64,000 nucleotides of DNA from the human T2T-CHM13v2.0 reference genome, Homo sapiens. The position numbers and the translations under genes are program-made. Shown here one piece after another: positions 41,375-54,508 of this stretch. The notes under the pieces are model-generated. The model ran no database searches. It saw only the letters and a list, made by a program, of their open reading frames with translations, and was not told where the DNA came from. Within the stretch, counting starts at the first letter, position 1, and the number at the start of each line of letters is the position of its first letter. The stretch lies in NCBI RefSeq assembly GCF_009914755.1, contig NC_060935.1. One strand, 5' to 3'.

Positions 41375-44147
41375 GAAACTACAATGAGTTATCACCTCAC
41401 ACCCTCTATGATGGCTACTCTCAGAAAAACCCAGAAAACAGTGTGTTGTCAAGGATGTTGTTATTAGTCCATTCTCATGCTGCTGATAAAGACATACCCA
41501 AGACTGGGCAATTTACAAAAGAAAGAGGTTTAATGAACTCACAGTTCCACATCGCTGGGGAGGCCTCAGATTCATGGCAGAAGGTGAAAGGCACATATCA
41601 CATGGTGGTAGACAAGAGAAGAGAGAATGAGAGCCAAGCAAAAGCAGAAACCCCTTATAAAACCATCAAATCTCATGAGACTTATTCACTACCACAAGCA
41701 CAGTATGGGGGGAATCCACCCTCATGATTCAATTATCTCCCACTGGGTCCCTCCCACAACATGTGGGAATTATGGGAGTTACAATTCAAGATGAGATTTG
41801 AGTGGGGACACAGCCAAACCATATCATTCTGTCATCACATTTCAGAACTAATCATGCCTCCCCAAAAGTCCCCCAAAGTCTTAACTCATTTCAGCCTTAA
41901 CTCAGAAGTCCACAGTCCAAAGTTTCATCTAACACAAGGCAAGTCCCTTCTACCTATGAGCCTGTAAAATCAAAAGCAAGTTAATTCCTAGATACAATGA
42001 GGGTACAGTTATTGGGTAAATATACCTGTTCCAAATGGGGAAAATTGGCCAAAAAAAAAAAAAAAAAAAAGAGGCTACAGGCCCCATGCAAATCTGAAGT
42101 CCAGTGGAACAGTCAAATCTTAAAGTTCCAAAATGCTCTCCTTTGATTCCTTGTCTCACATCCAGGTCACACTGCAAGAGGTGTGTTCCCATGGTCTTGG
42201 GTAGCTCAGTCCCTGTGGCTTTGCAGGTTCCAGCCTCCCTCCTGGCCACTTTCACAGGCTGGTGTGGAGTGTCTGCAGCTTTTCCAGGCACATGGTGCAA
42301 GCTGTCGGTGGATCTACCATTCTGGGGTCTGGAAGACAGTGGACCTCTTCTCACAGCTCCACTGGCAGTGCTTCGGTGGGGACTCTGTGTGGGGGTGCCC
42401 ACCCCACATTTCCCTTCCCTACTGCCCTAGCAGAGGTCCTCCATGAGTGCCCATTCCTGCAGCAAACTTCTGCCTGGACATCCAGGTGTTTTCACACATC
42501 CTCTGAAATCTAGGTGGAGGTTCCCAAACCTCAGTTCTTGAATTCTGTGCACCCATAGGCTCAACACCACATGAAATCTGCCAAGGCTTGGGGTTGCACC
42601 CTCTGAAGCAATGGCCCAAGCTCTATGTTGGCCCCTTTCAACCACAGCTAAAATGGCTGGGATGCAGGACACCAAGTCCCTAGGCTGCACACAGCACAGG
42701 GACCCTGGGTCCGGCCCACAAAACCATTTGTTCCTCATAGGCCTCTGGGCCTGTGAGAGAGGGGCTGCCTTGAAGACCTCTGACATGTCCTGGAGACATT
42801 TTCCCCATTGTTTTGGGGATTAACATTCAGCTCCTCATAACTTATGCAAATTTCTGGGCCGGGCGCAGTGGCTTACGCCTATAATCCCAGCACTTTGGGA
42901 GGCCAAGGCAGGTGGATCACAAAATCAGGAGTTCGAGACCAACCTGGCCAATATGGTGAAACCCCACCTCTACTAAAAATTAGGCAGGCATGGTGGCATG
43001 TGCCTGTAGTCCCAGCTACTCAGGAGGCTGAGGCAGGAGAATCACTTGAACCCAGGAGGCAGAGGTTACAGTGAGCTGAGATTGCACCACTGCGCTCTGG
43101 CATGGGTGTCAGAGTGAGACGTCTTTAATAAAAAAAAAAAAACAGAAAAAAAATTCTGCAGCCAGCTTTAATTTCTCCTCAGAAAATGGGATTTTCTTTT
43201 CTATTACATTGTCAGGCTGCAAATTTTCTGAACTTTTATACTCTGCTTCCCTTATAAACTAAATGCCTTTAACAGCACCCAAGTCACCTACTGAATGCCT
43301 TGCTGCATAGAAATTTCTTCCGCCAGACACCCTAAACCATCTCTCTCAAGTTGAAAGTTCCACAAATCTCTAGGGCAGGGGCAAAATGCTGCGAGTCTCT
43401 TTGCTAAAACATAACAAGAGTCACCTTTGCTCCAGTTCCCAAGTTCCTCATCTCCATCTGAGACCACCTTAGCCTGGATTTCATTGTTCATATTATTATC
43501 AGCATTTTGGTGAAAGCCATTCAACAAGTCTCCAGGAAGTTCCAAACTGTTCCACATTTTCCTGTCTTCTGAGCCCTCCAAACTCCTCCAACTTCTGTGT
43601 GTTATCCAGTTCCAAAGTAGCTTCCACATTTTTGGGTATCTTTATAGTACTGCCCCATTCCTAGTACCAGACTAATGCTATGTATTAGTCTGTTTTCACG
43701 CTGCTGATAAAGAGAAACCCAAGTCTGGGCAATTTACAAAAGAAAGAGGTTTAATGGATTCACAGTTCCATGTGGCTGAGGAGGCCTCACGATCATAGCA
43801 GAAAGTGAAAGGCACATCTCACACGGCAGCAGACAAGAGAAGAGAGAATGAGAGCCAAGTAACAGCGGAAACCCCTTCTAAAACCATCAGATCTTGTGAG
43901 ACTTATTCACTACCACGAAAACAGTATGGGGGAAATTGTCTCCATGATTTAATTATCTCTCACTGGGTTCCTTTCCTAACACATGGGAATTATGGGAGCT
44001 ACAATTCAAGATGAGATTTGGGTGGGGACACAGCCAAACCATATGAGATGTAGAGTAACGAGAGTCCTTGTGCACTGTTGGTGGGAACATAAAAAGTTAC
44101 AGCTGCTGTGGAAAAGAGTACGGAAGTTCCTCAAAAAAAAAAAAAAT
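41375..44147 (+). mobile_element. Short L1M ORF2 3' fragment (~190 bp in total) split by THE1 #3
   Basis: Rejoins as GTGTGTTGTCAAGGATGT|AGAGTAACGAGAGTCCTTGTGCACTGTTGGTGGGAACATAAAA. Confidence 0.82.
41459..44046 (-). mobile_element. Full-length THE1 provirus #3 (5' LTR 43681-44046, 3' LTR 41459-41826) with nested AluS (42857-~43150, +)
   Basis: Two antisense LTRs plus internal region; perfect TSD GATGT (41454-41458 / 44047-44051); the Alu is flanked by AAATTTCTG/AAAATTCTG. Confidence 0.95.
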
Positions 44148-46271
44148 GAGTGAAGCTGCCCACAGTGCGTTAATATCACAGAAAGATTGTAGAAAGATAC
44201 GCATAACATGGTTGCATTTTCATCGTGGGAAAAACGATGCACTGTATGTATAAAAAGAATGTGTTTGATGATGTAACCATGAGTAAAAAACAGGAAGCAT
44301 ACCAAACCGTTAATGGTTCTGAATGGGTAGGCTTGCAACATTCCTTTGTGGTTATTTACATGCCTGTCTTGTCCCATCTATCTGTCAAGCTCCATTGGCT
44401 TGTCTTACTCATCCTTTTTTCCCCTCTTAACGCAGCACTGGTTCTTGGGCATGTGAGGGTTTGGTAAAGTTTTGCAGAATTGAATTGCTAATCATTGCCT
44501 CCCCACTTGCTCACCTATACTACAAACCAGAACTTGTTCAACGTCATACGGCTACCTTTAAATATTCTTGTTTTAAGTCTAAGTTCCAAAATATTATATT
44601 AGTAAATATGCTGACTTCCCTATACTGCACTCCTCAAGACTTAATGCACAGAAATCCTTAGTAAGTGGGAAGAAACAAAAGATTTGAACAGTAAAAATGC
44701 TGCAGGAATCCAGCACTGTTTGAAGGTTGCCTTTCTCCGAAGGTTACTGTTCAGAAAGAGAGGAGAGAGAGACCAACGTATCTCCCTGTACCTTGAAAGC
44801 CATTCTCCTCCAAGACATCTGTCAAGAGTTTCTGTCCATGTGGGTTATGGAAATGGTGTTAACTCGTGCAGAATTTTAATTACCTGTCTCAGGGGCCAAA
44901 TGTATTTATGTATGTATCCATGTCATGATTATTTATTCATTCAATGAATGTTCAGAATCCTACAATATACCAGCTGTAATGCCTCATCATGAAATGTAAA
45001 ACTGAAGAAAGCGGGGTTCTATTCTCAACGAGGGAGCCTCTGCCCTCACTTTTCTTTTTCATCACTTGAGCACCAATACCGAGCAGCCTCGTCTGTTTTT
45101 TTTTGCTTGTTTGTTTCCCCCCTGACATAGCATAAACTTAACTCTAGACGATTGTGTAGGATTGCTGCTGGAGTCCTGGATGCTAGTCTTTTATTTTATT
45201 TTTTAGTGACACTCACTCACTTTGTGTCCTAAAGCAAGCCCAGTTCCGTCTCTGTGCCTTGGTCTCGCCTCAGACAAATGGGGTATCCATTTGCCCTGCC
45301 AAACTCTAAGGGGTATTGTGAGGGCCAGACAGGGCAACAGATGCTGAAAGCATTTGAAATGAACAGAGCTGTGTAGAAGTGTCAGGCAGTACTCTTCCTG
45401 TGCCCCGGGTCACCGTAACTTGAAGAGCATCTGGACATATGTCAGAGAAAATAAAAACTGTTTTTGTTTCTCAGTGAAAATACCTGCCTTTTGAGACTTT
45501 CATTTAAAATGAAAACATTCCAAAGTAGTATGTGATCTTGAACAAGTCATTTTCCTCTCTGAGTCTCAGTTTATTCTCCTATAAAATAAGCCAGTGAGAC
45601 TAGATGGATACATTTCAAATTCTGCTCTAGAAAATTCTTCACTGGGAAGAGATTCTTTTATCCCCACATCTGCAACCAGAACCACCATATATTTTTCAAA
45701 TTTTACCCTCATTTTACTTATTTGGCTTCTATGTGAGGTCTTTTTGGTTTTCTTTTTCTTTTAAAGTGAAAGTAAGTTTATTAACAAAGTAAGAAAATAA
45801 AAGAATGGCTACTCCATAGTCAGGGCAGTGGCTTCTGTTTTGTTTTGTTGTTTTTCCTAAATAAAAATCCTAAGGCTAAAACAAAAAAAGAAAACCAGAA
45901 CACGGCTAGATCACCTGTAGGGCCATTCTTCCCGGCCTTCGTGTCTGCACACGGAAGACCCACGTGCTTTCTGCTTAACGTGTGTGCATTCCTCTTGTAT
46001 GTGTCAGGCGTGCACGAGGCCTCTCAGGACAGAATTCCTTTGCAGGGGGATTGACAATGAGTCATAACCTGCTTGACTTTTAAGTGTGCACTCAGAGATG
46101 ACCATTTTTTATAGCAGAATTCCCGAGTCTAAACAACCTTTGGCAGCTGAAGACTGAGAATGAAATTCACCAACCAGTCCAGGGAAAACCTCTTCCAAAA
46201 GCTGTAATATTTTTGTTGGATGCAGGTGTGACCCGTGGTCTTGCCGTGGGGGAAGGGAATGGCTGTGGGAA

Positions 46272-46290
46272 CAGTGCCACCTTGTGGCCA
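46272..46290 (-). promoter_or_regulatory. Candidate CTCF site (reverse orientation)
   Basis: Minus strand TGGCCACAAGGTGGCACTG; 13/14 match to CCASYAGRKGGCRS. Confidence 0.6.
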
Positions 46291-46983
46291 TTTTTATGAG
46301 CAGACACTACCCAGTGCTGAGCTGAGGGCTGGTTCCTGGATGGTTACACTCCTGAAGAGGGACTTTCATTTTGGGATTGGGAAGGGGCCCAGAGATACAC
46401 TGAGACCAGAGCCAGTCCCCACCTGGCAGCAAGCTCAGCTGCCTGAGTCAGAAGCCCTTCTCCAAAGTTACCACACTCCTGAGGCCCAGGAAGGCTGCCA
46501 GGCTGGGCGTGTGGTTATTGGGAGGGTCATGTGGCTGTCACTAGCAGGAACGTGTCTGGATATGGGAGTGGGAGGCAGAGTCTGAGAGGAGACAGAACAA
46601 ATTTCACAATGGCCATGGCTGAGCCCCAGTTGGGAAGACGGTGACCCAGGAAGTATGCAAAGTGGTGGCAGGAGGGTGGTGTCCTCTTGTCTAGAAACCC
46701 AGGAGGCCTACAAAGCAGAGAGGACTCTACCTGTCCCCTCACCCCTGACCGTAGCCTGGGGCCTAAATGAGCCCTCCTACTCTCCGCCTTGCTGCCACGC
46801 CACCATCCCTGGCACAGGGTTCCTGGGAGGACAAAACGAGATGGATGAGGCTTAACACAGCATCTGGTGCGTGGGAAGCCCTCAGACATCCCTGTGCCTG
46901 TCCCCTCCCTCTCCTACTCTGTGCACTAGACATTGGAGTGACAACAATGAACCCAGCACAGCTGCTGTCAGAACTCACAGGCT

Positions 46984-47587
46984 GGCTGGGCGTGATGGTG
47001 CACACCTGTAATCCCAGGACTTTGGGAGGCTGAGATGGGAGGATCGCTTCGGTCTGGGAGTTGGAGACTAGCTTAGGTAACATATGGAGATTCCGTTGTT
47101 ACAAAAGATAAAAAACAATCAGCCAGGTGTGGTGGCACGCTCCTATAGGTTCAGCTACTCAGGAAGCTAAGGTAGTGATCACTTGAGCCCAGGAAGATGA
47201 GGCTGCAGTGAGCTGTGATCACACAACTGCACTCCAACCTGGGTGACAGAGTGAGACCCTGTCTCAAAAAAATAAAAAATAAGAAGGACAGGTGTGGTGG
47301 CTCATGCCTGTAATCCCAGCACTTTGGGAGGCTGAAGTGGGAAGATTATTTGGAGTCAGGAGTCCAAGACTAGCCTAGGCAACTTAACAAGACCCTGTCT
47401 CCACAAAAAAATATAAAAATTAGCCAGGCATGGTGGTGTGCCCTGTAGTCCCAGCTACTCAGGAGGCTGAGGTGGAGGATTGCTGGAGCCCAGGAGTTCA
47501 AGACTGCAGTGAGCCATGATTATGCCACTGCACTCCAGCCTAGGGGACAGAGTGAGACCCTGTCTCAAAAAAAAAAAAAAAAAAAAA
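46984..47587 (+). mobile_element. Two tandem AluJ-like elements (46984-47282, 47286-47587)
   Basis: Two diverged Alu bodies with A tails. Confidence 0.92.
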
Positions 47588-47892
47588 GGTAAAAAGAAAC
47601 ACCATAAAAATAAATTTAATAATAATACATTTAATAAGATATATCCAATATCTTGTCATTTTAAAATGTAATTAAAATAAAATTCAGTAATTAAAATTCA
47701 TCAACTTCCCTAAGAGCTGGAAAATTAATGAAATATTTTATATTCTTGTTTTCTATGCTGCTTGAAATTCTGTGTGTATTTTACACCCACAGCACATCTC
47801 AATTTGGACTCACCACATTTCAAGCCCTAAATAGCCACATGTGGCTAGTGGCTACTGCACGGCACAGCACAGGGCTGGTGCAAGGAAAGGCG

Positions 47893-48032
47893 CTCACACA
47901 CATATACACAATACACACACATACACAAATACACACACACACACATATCCACACACATACAAACACACACATGCACATACACACACATGCACACACACAC
48001 ACAAACATATATACACACACACATATACACAC
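47893..48032 (+). repeat. Degenerate (CA)n/(CATA)n low-complexity repeat
   Basis: Directly visible; a similar tract lies at ~52105-52290. Confidence 0.9.
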
Positions 48033-48088
48033 CCAGAGGTCAGTAAGTTACTGGTCAGTAACTTTATAAGGGGCACAAAGTTGATGGG

Positions 48089-48463
48089 TGATATGGTTGG
48101 GCTCTCTGTCCCCACCCAAATCTCATCTAGAATTGTAATCCCCACGTGTGGAGGAAGGGACTTGGTAGGAGGTGATTGGATCATGGGGGCTGTTTTCCCC
48201 CTTGCCATTCTAGTGATAGTGAGTTCTCATGAGATCTAATGGTTTAAAAGCGTGTGGTAGATTCCCTTGCTCTCTGTCCTGCCACCATGTGAAGAAGGTC
48301 CTTGCTTCCTCTTCGCCTTCCGCCATGATTGTTAGTGTCATGAGGCTTCCCAGTCATGCTTCCTGTTAAGCCTGTGGAACTGTGAGTCAGTTAAACCTCT
48401 TTTCTTTATAAATTACCCCGTCTCAGGCAGTTCTTTACAGCAGTGTGAAAATGGAGTAATACA
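48089..48463 (+). mobile_element. MSTA-type solo LTR
   Basis: TGATATGG...GTAATACA; TSD ATGGG/GTGGG. Confidence 0.92.
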
Positions 48464-49398
48464 GTGGGGGAGGCTAACTTGGACTGGGAAGGTAAGAAAA
48501 GTCCTCTTGGAGGAGGTGGTGTTTAAACCTGGCTGGCTGGCTGCATGAGACTTGAAAGTGAAGCGATGGGGAAAGGCTGGAGGGTGGGAGAGGGGTTGGC
48601 CTGTCCATGCACCATCCAGGCACCTTCTGATAGAATGAGAGTGAGTGAACTATAGCTCTCAAGCCAAACTCTGCCTGCCACCTGTGTCTGTATGCCCTAA
48701 GAGCTAAGAATGGTTTTCACATTTTCTTTTAGACAGGGTCTTGTTCCAGTGCCCAGGTGGGAGTGTAGTGGCATGATCTCGGTTCACTGCAGCCTTGATC
48801 TCTGGGGCTCATTTGATCCTCCTACCTCAGCCTCCTCACCTCAGCAGCCTCACCACCTCCCTCATCTCCACTCAACCTCTCCACTCCAGCCACGCTGACC
48901 GCTTTAATGCCCTGGTGATCACCCTCCCCTTCTCCTCCAGGGCTTTCCCTGGCTGCCCCCTCCACTGCAAAGTCCTTTCCTATCTCCTCTCTCCCTGTGG
49001 CCAACTCCTCCACTTCAGAGACCAGCCTTGACTTCACATCCTCTCCTGCTTCCCAGTTACCTCCAAAAGGGCCTCTGCCAAGCCATCCTCTCTGGTTTCT
49101 CTCTGAAAATCCAGGGTTGGCACAGTGTGAAGAGTGCACAGGGGCCTAGAGGCCTGGGCTCTGGAATGCTCCCGTTTCCAGACTCAGCTGCCTCCCCTGC
49201 CTCTTCCCCAGGGCTGCCAGTAAAGTGCCTTTTCCCTGCAGGAAAAAGAGCTGCCCCAGTTGGGCCTGGAAAAAGGGCAGGCATTCCCTCACTTGGCTGG
49301 CCAGGGGGGCTGGAAGTCTTTGACAGCCCTGCGGTCAGTCCCAGGGCCAAGTCCTTGTCCCCTCCTGGCAAATTTATGCGCACCTGAACTCTGCAGGA

Positions 49399-49417
49399 TG
49401 CCCAGGAGGGGGCGCCA
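49399..49417 (+). promoter_or_regulatory. Candidate CTCF site (forward orientation)
   Basis: TGCCCAGGAGGGGGCGCCA; 13/14 match to CCASYAGRKGGCRS, CpG retained. Confidence 0.5.
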
Positions 49418-49907
49418 AAGTGCTGCCAAAAAGAACAGTTTGGGGCATATGAATCAGATGGCCTCGTGGGAGTGCTTAGTGAGGGCTGGCTCTGAGTTCT
49501 TTTTACCCCAGCCCCTGCCCAGGGCCAGGCACTGTGTGTGGAATGGAGGAAAGGACACCATGCAAGAACTGACAAGGTCCTGCACATCTCCTATGCTGGC
49601 ATTTCTTACGATCACAATGACTTTGGTGTTCCAGGCCCAGAGGCTGGGAGCTGGCAGGAAGCTTGACCATTGTGAAGAGCTAGTGTGCCTAAAGTGGCCT
49701 ACAGATTTGTTGAGGGAGGCTAGGTGGGGTCAGGAAGGCAGGACCCCTTGAGCCAGTTGCCTCTGGCAGCAAACAGTCTCATTATTGCGTAATTAGTATT
49801 TTCTATGTTGACTTGACATGGACGTGGTTGGGAAGCACTATCCAATATGGAAGCCACTAGCTACATGTGACCACAGTACTTACGTTTTAATTAAGATTAA
49901 ATAAGCA

Positions 49908-50195
49908 GGCTGGGGGGTGGTAGCTATACCTATAATCCCAGCACTTTGGGAGGCTGAGGTGGGCAGATCTCTTGACCCCAGGAGTCTGAGACCAGGCTGG
50001 GCAACTTGTTGAAACCTGTCTCTACCAAAATACTTAGCCGGGCATGGTGGTGCATACCTATAGTCCTAGCTACTTGGGAGGCTGAGGTGGGAGAATCACC
50101 TGAGCCCAGGAAGTTGAGGCTACGATGAGCCAAGATCACGCCACTGCACTCCAGCCTGGGTGACAGAGCAAGACCCTGTCTCAAATAAATAAACA
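49908..50195 (+). mobile_element. AluJ-like element nested in a MER3-like MITE
   Basis: Alu body flanked by AATTAAGATTAAATAA / AATTAAGATAAAATAA. Confidence 0.88.
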
Positions 50196-51737
50196 AATTA
50201 AGATAAAATAAAATTTAAAATCCAGTTCTTTACTTCATTAGCCACATTTCAAGTACTCGATGGCCACATGTGGCCAGTGGCTCTCATGTCAGCACAGAAA
50301 TAAACATTTCCATCATTGAAAGTTCTGTTGGACAGTGCCACCCTAGAACTTGCTCTGATCTCTTGTGGGTAGGGTGTGCTTTAGAATTTCAGAGAGTTCA
50401 CTGTTAGCATGCTGCCTCCCATGGATATGGTTGTTACAAGGTTATGAGAAAGGCAGTCAGACCCACCTAGGATTAACCCCTGATTTTGCTGGTTACAAGC
50501 AAAGTGTCCTCTATGCAAGGGCTCTGCAGGGCTGACACGGGACTTGAGCATCCGCAGACTTTGGTATTCAAGGGGATCAGGCAACCAAACCCCCACAGTT
50601 AGCAAGAGACAACTGGACTACTTTTGTGGCTTCAGAGAAGTCACTTAATCTCTTTCAATCTCTGTTTTCTCATCTCTAAACTGGGGATAATATCACCCTG
50701 CCGCCACAGTTATTATTAGATGAGCTAAGACAGATAAATCACAAAACGCAGTGCCTAGGACACAGTTTTGCGGCCTTACCGCCCCAGCCGAGTGTGCCTT
50801 TCTGCGTGCACTCACCCACAAGCCCTCATCCCCTGGCTATACTGTGTCCAGACCTGTGTCGGGTTCCACATCTCGTTCAAAGGCAGCACCGGGCTTGATT
50901 CTTGCACCGGGCTTGATTCTTGCCTAGAAGGAGATTGCAATCTAGGTCAGAAGGCAAGATAAGGCCCATGAAGCAACCTGAAAACAATTCTTAGGCAACA
51001 CACAGGGCAGTGTGTCATCCCGTGAGCCAGAGTCTGATGGGAAAGTAGTGTGGGGTGGGAGGCTCTTCTAAGTCCTCGTAGAGAAAGTGGGTGAGATTAG
51101 AACTGGTCTTGAAACAGCGTAGAGTTTGGACCGGCAGAGCCAATGAGAGAGAAGTGGCAGCAGGGAATGGTGTGAGGGCAGAGGAACAGCGTGAGCAAAG
51201 AAATGCTCAGAGGTGGGTAAGGGAGGGGCCAGAGCTAACACAGTATGGGGCAGCTTGGCCGAGGTGCTCAGGAAGGCGACACACTTCCTGAGAAGAGAAT
51301 TTGCTAAGAAGATCACTCAGATCTTGGAAGCCAGGCTGAGTTGCTTAAGTTTAATGAGACAGGTGGTCATCAGGCAGGCGGGGCCTTGAGCATGGAAACT
51401 GGCAAGGCCTGGGGAGGATTGCACTGACAGCAGAAGTCGGAGGTCTGTGAGGGAGATCCTGCAGTCAGGGTGACGTCAGCGAGAAGTGACACCAGCGGCC
51501 TTCCGGGGCAGTGCATGGTACCATTTACAGAGCGCTGTTAACATAGCCTGGGCTCAAATTGCTGGGTCCTAACACAGTAACCAAAAACTGGACTCCATTG
51601 GTCTACACAACAAGTCAACATCAAATTGGGAAGGAGCAGTGGGTAGGCACCAAGAAGAAACAGAGCAGAGGAAATGCCTGTCACAGTGTGTCAAGATCTG
51701 AGCCCCAGCCCCTTAATCAGTTAAGAAAAAGAACAGG

Positions 51738-52135
<398 letters not shown>

Positions 52136-53555
52136 TCACATTCACATGCCTGTACACATAAACACATATAAGGACACACATATAAGCCCCCCAACTTACT
52201 CTTCATGCTAATCATACCCAGAGACCCTTAAGGATACATGCAAATGCATATGTACGGGCACACATCAATACGTATGTGTATATACACGTGTTCTTCCTCA
52301 GCCCAGCCTCTCCTTTTAGGCCTGGAGCTGGGGCTGACATTGGGTTTACATCAATCAAAGCCACTAGGAAACGTCTATCCTGCCTGGGCCCAGAGTCCAT
52401 TTCTGACAGAGGCTTCTCCAGGCTTTACTTGTAAACGCTATTTATTTTGGAAAGCAACTTCTCTGTTTTCAAATAAAACGTTGGGACATGCAGTATTGGA
52501 TTTCCCTGATCTGACATTGACCTAGAAAAATGTGCTGGCAGGAACAGAAAATGCGATGCCCCACTGTGCTGGCAGGCACAAGAGTTTCCCTCCTCTTGGC
52601 TTTGATTGCAAAGGTTAAGATGCAAGTGAGAGAGCGCAGTTCCCCCTCCCTGCCTGAGCAGCACTCTCCCTGCAGAGCTGGAGGGAACTGGGGGCCATGT
52701 TTAGGGGCTTCCTGCAGGTTTTGGTGCTTGTGGTCTTAGGGGCATGCTTCTGGGTGGGGAGCTTATCACAGAGGGGCAGCTTGTCACAGGGCTGGTGGCC
52801 GAGGCCAGCATCTAGAGAGCAAACAGCTCCAGGATGTGCAAAATATGAATAGGGCCCAGCTATGGGGGTCCCCACGGTTGTCATCAGTGAAAAGGGCAAA
52901 GCAACTTGAGCTCTGGGTGAGGTTTGAAGCCAGTTCCTGTCCCTTGGGGAAGAGGTTTCCTGGAGGCAGAACGGCCAGGTCCAGCTTCAGGTGAAGGTCA
53001 TGGCCTGCTGCCATCTGCAGCGGCCTGGGCACCAGTTGCAACGGTTAGGGGCAGAAGCTGGGAGCAAGGGCTGAGGCAGGAGCCCCACATCATGGTGGGA
53101 ACCCAGACACCTGTGGTCTGCTTGCGGGGGTGGGCCCTGGTCTAATTAGCAAAGGAGGCTCAAAAAGCAATACACAATTCATTGCCCCAGCTGAGCCACA
53201 GAATCTCTCAGAGTTCCTCAGCTGCTCCAGTGACTTAATTCTGTGCCTGTTAATTCTGTTCCTATTCCACCCACATCCCTTATGGCCTCTCTGAGGATGA
53301 AATGAGATCAGAAATGTAACATGCTCAGCCAGGGCCGGATGCATAATAGGTAGGCTCGGTAAACGTGAGAGCAAATCCCAGCTTCACCACTCACTAGCTG
53401 TGGCGCCTTGGGCGAGCTCCTCCTAGGTGCCTTAATTTCCTCATCTGTAGAATGCAGATAATAACAAAATGTACGTCATAGAACTGTTGGGGATTAAATG
53501 AGTAAATATTTGTAAAGCACTTTGAACAGTGCCTGGCACTTAGTAAGCGTGATAG

Positions 53556-53866
<311 letters not shown>

Positions 53867-54000
53867 TTAAATAGTATTCCTAATGGTTATTCATGTATTT
53901 ATTCATGAATTTATTCAACACGTCTTTCTTGAGGGCCCACTATGAACCAGGCACTGTTCCAGTCACTGGGGCTATAGCAGGGAACAAGAGACACTAGCCC

Positions 54001-54508
54001 TGTGGTAGGTATAATGATCCTCCCTGCCCCCAAAGACGTCCATGCCCTAATCCCTGCAATCCTGACTATGTGATGTTACGTGGCAAGAGAGACTTAAGGT
54101 TGCAGGTGGAATTAAGGTGCTCATCAGCTGACTGGGAGAGAGGGAGGGTGCCTTGGATTATCCAGGTGGGCCTAACGTAATCACAAGGGTTCTTAGAAGA
54201 GGGAGGCAGGAGAGTCAGAGAAGGAGGTGCGAGGATGGACACGGGGTTCTAAGTGATGTGATTCCTGGCTTCTTCCAAGATGGAGGAAGAGGCCACGACC
54301 CAAGGAAAGCAAGCGGCCTGTAGAAGCTGGAGAAAGCAAGGAACTGGAGTCCCCTCTGTAGGCTCCAGAAAGGAACACAGCACTGCCCTTGATTTGAGCA
54401 CAGTCAGGTTTCTGACCTGCAGAACTGTAAGATAATACATTTCTGTGTTTTAAGCCACTAAGTTTGGTTTGCGGGGACTCGTTATAGCAGCAATGGGAAA
54501 CAAATACC
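54001..54508 (+). mobile_element. MLT1D-like LTR inserted in an L2 fragment
   Basis: MLT1-type text (CCTAATCCCTG...GAACTGTAAGATAATACATTTCTGTGTTTTAAGCCAC); TSD AGCCC/AACCC. Confidence 0.85.

Noticed and set aside
47728-48239. His/Thr- and Cys/Val-rich ORFs
   Set aside because: Translations of a degenerate (CA)n repeat.
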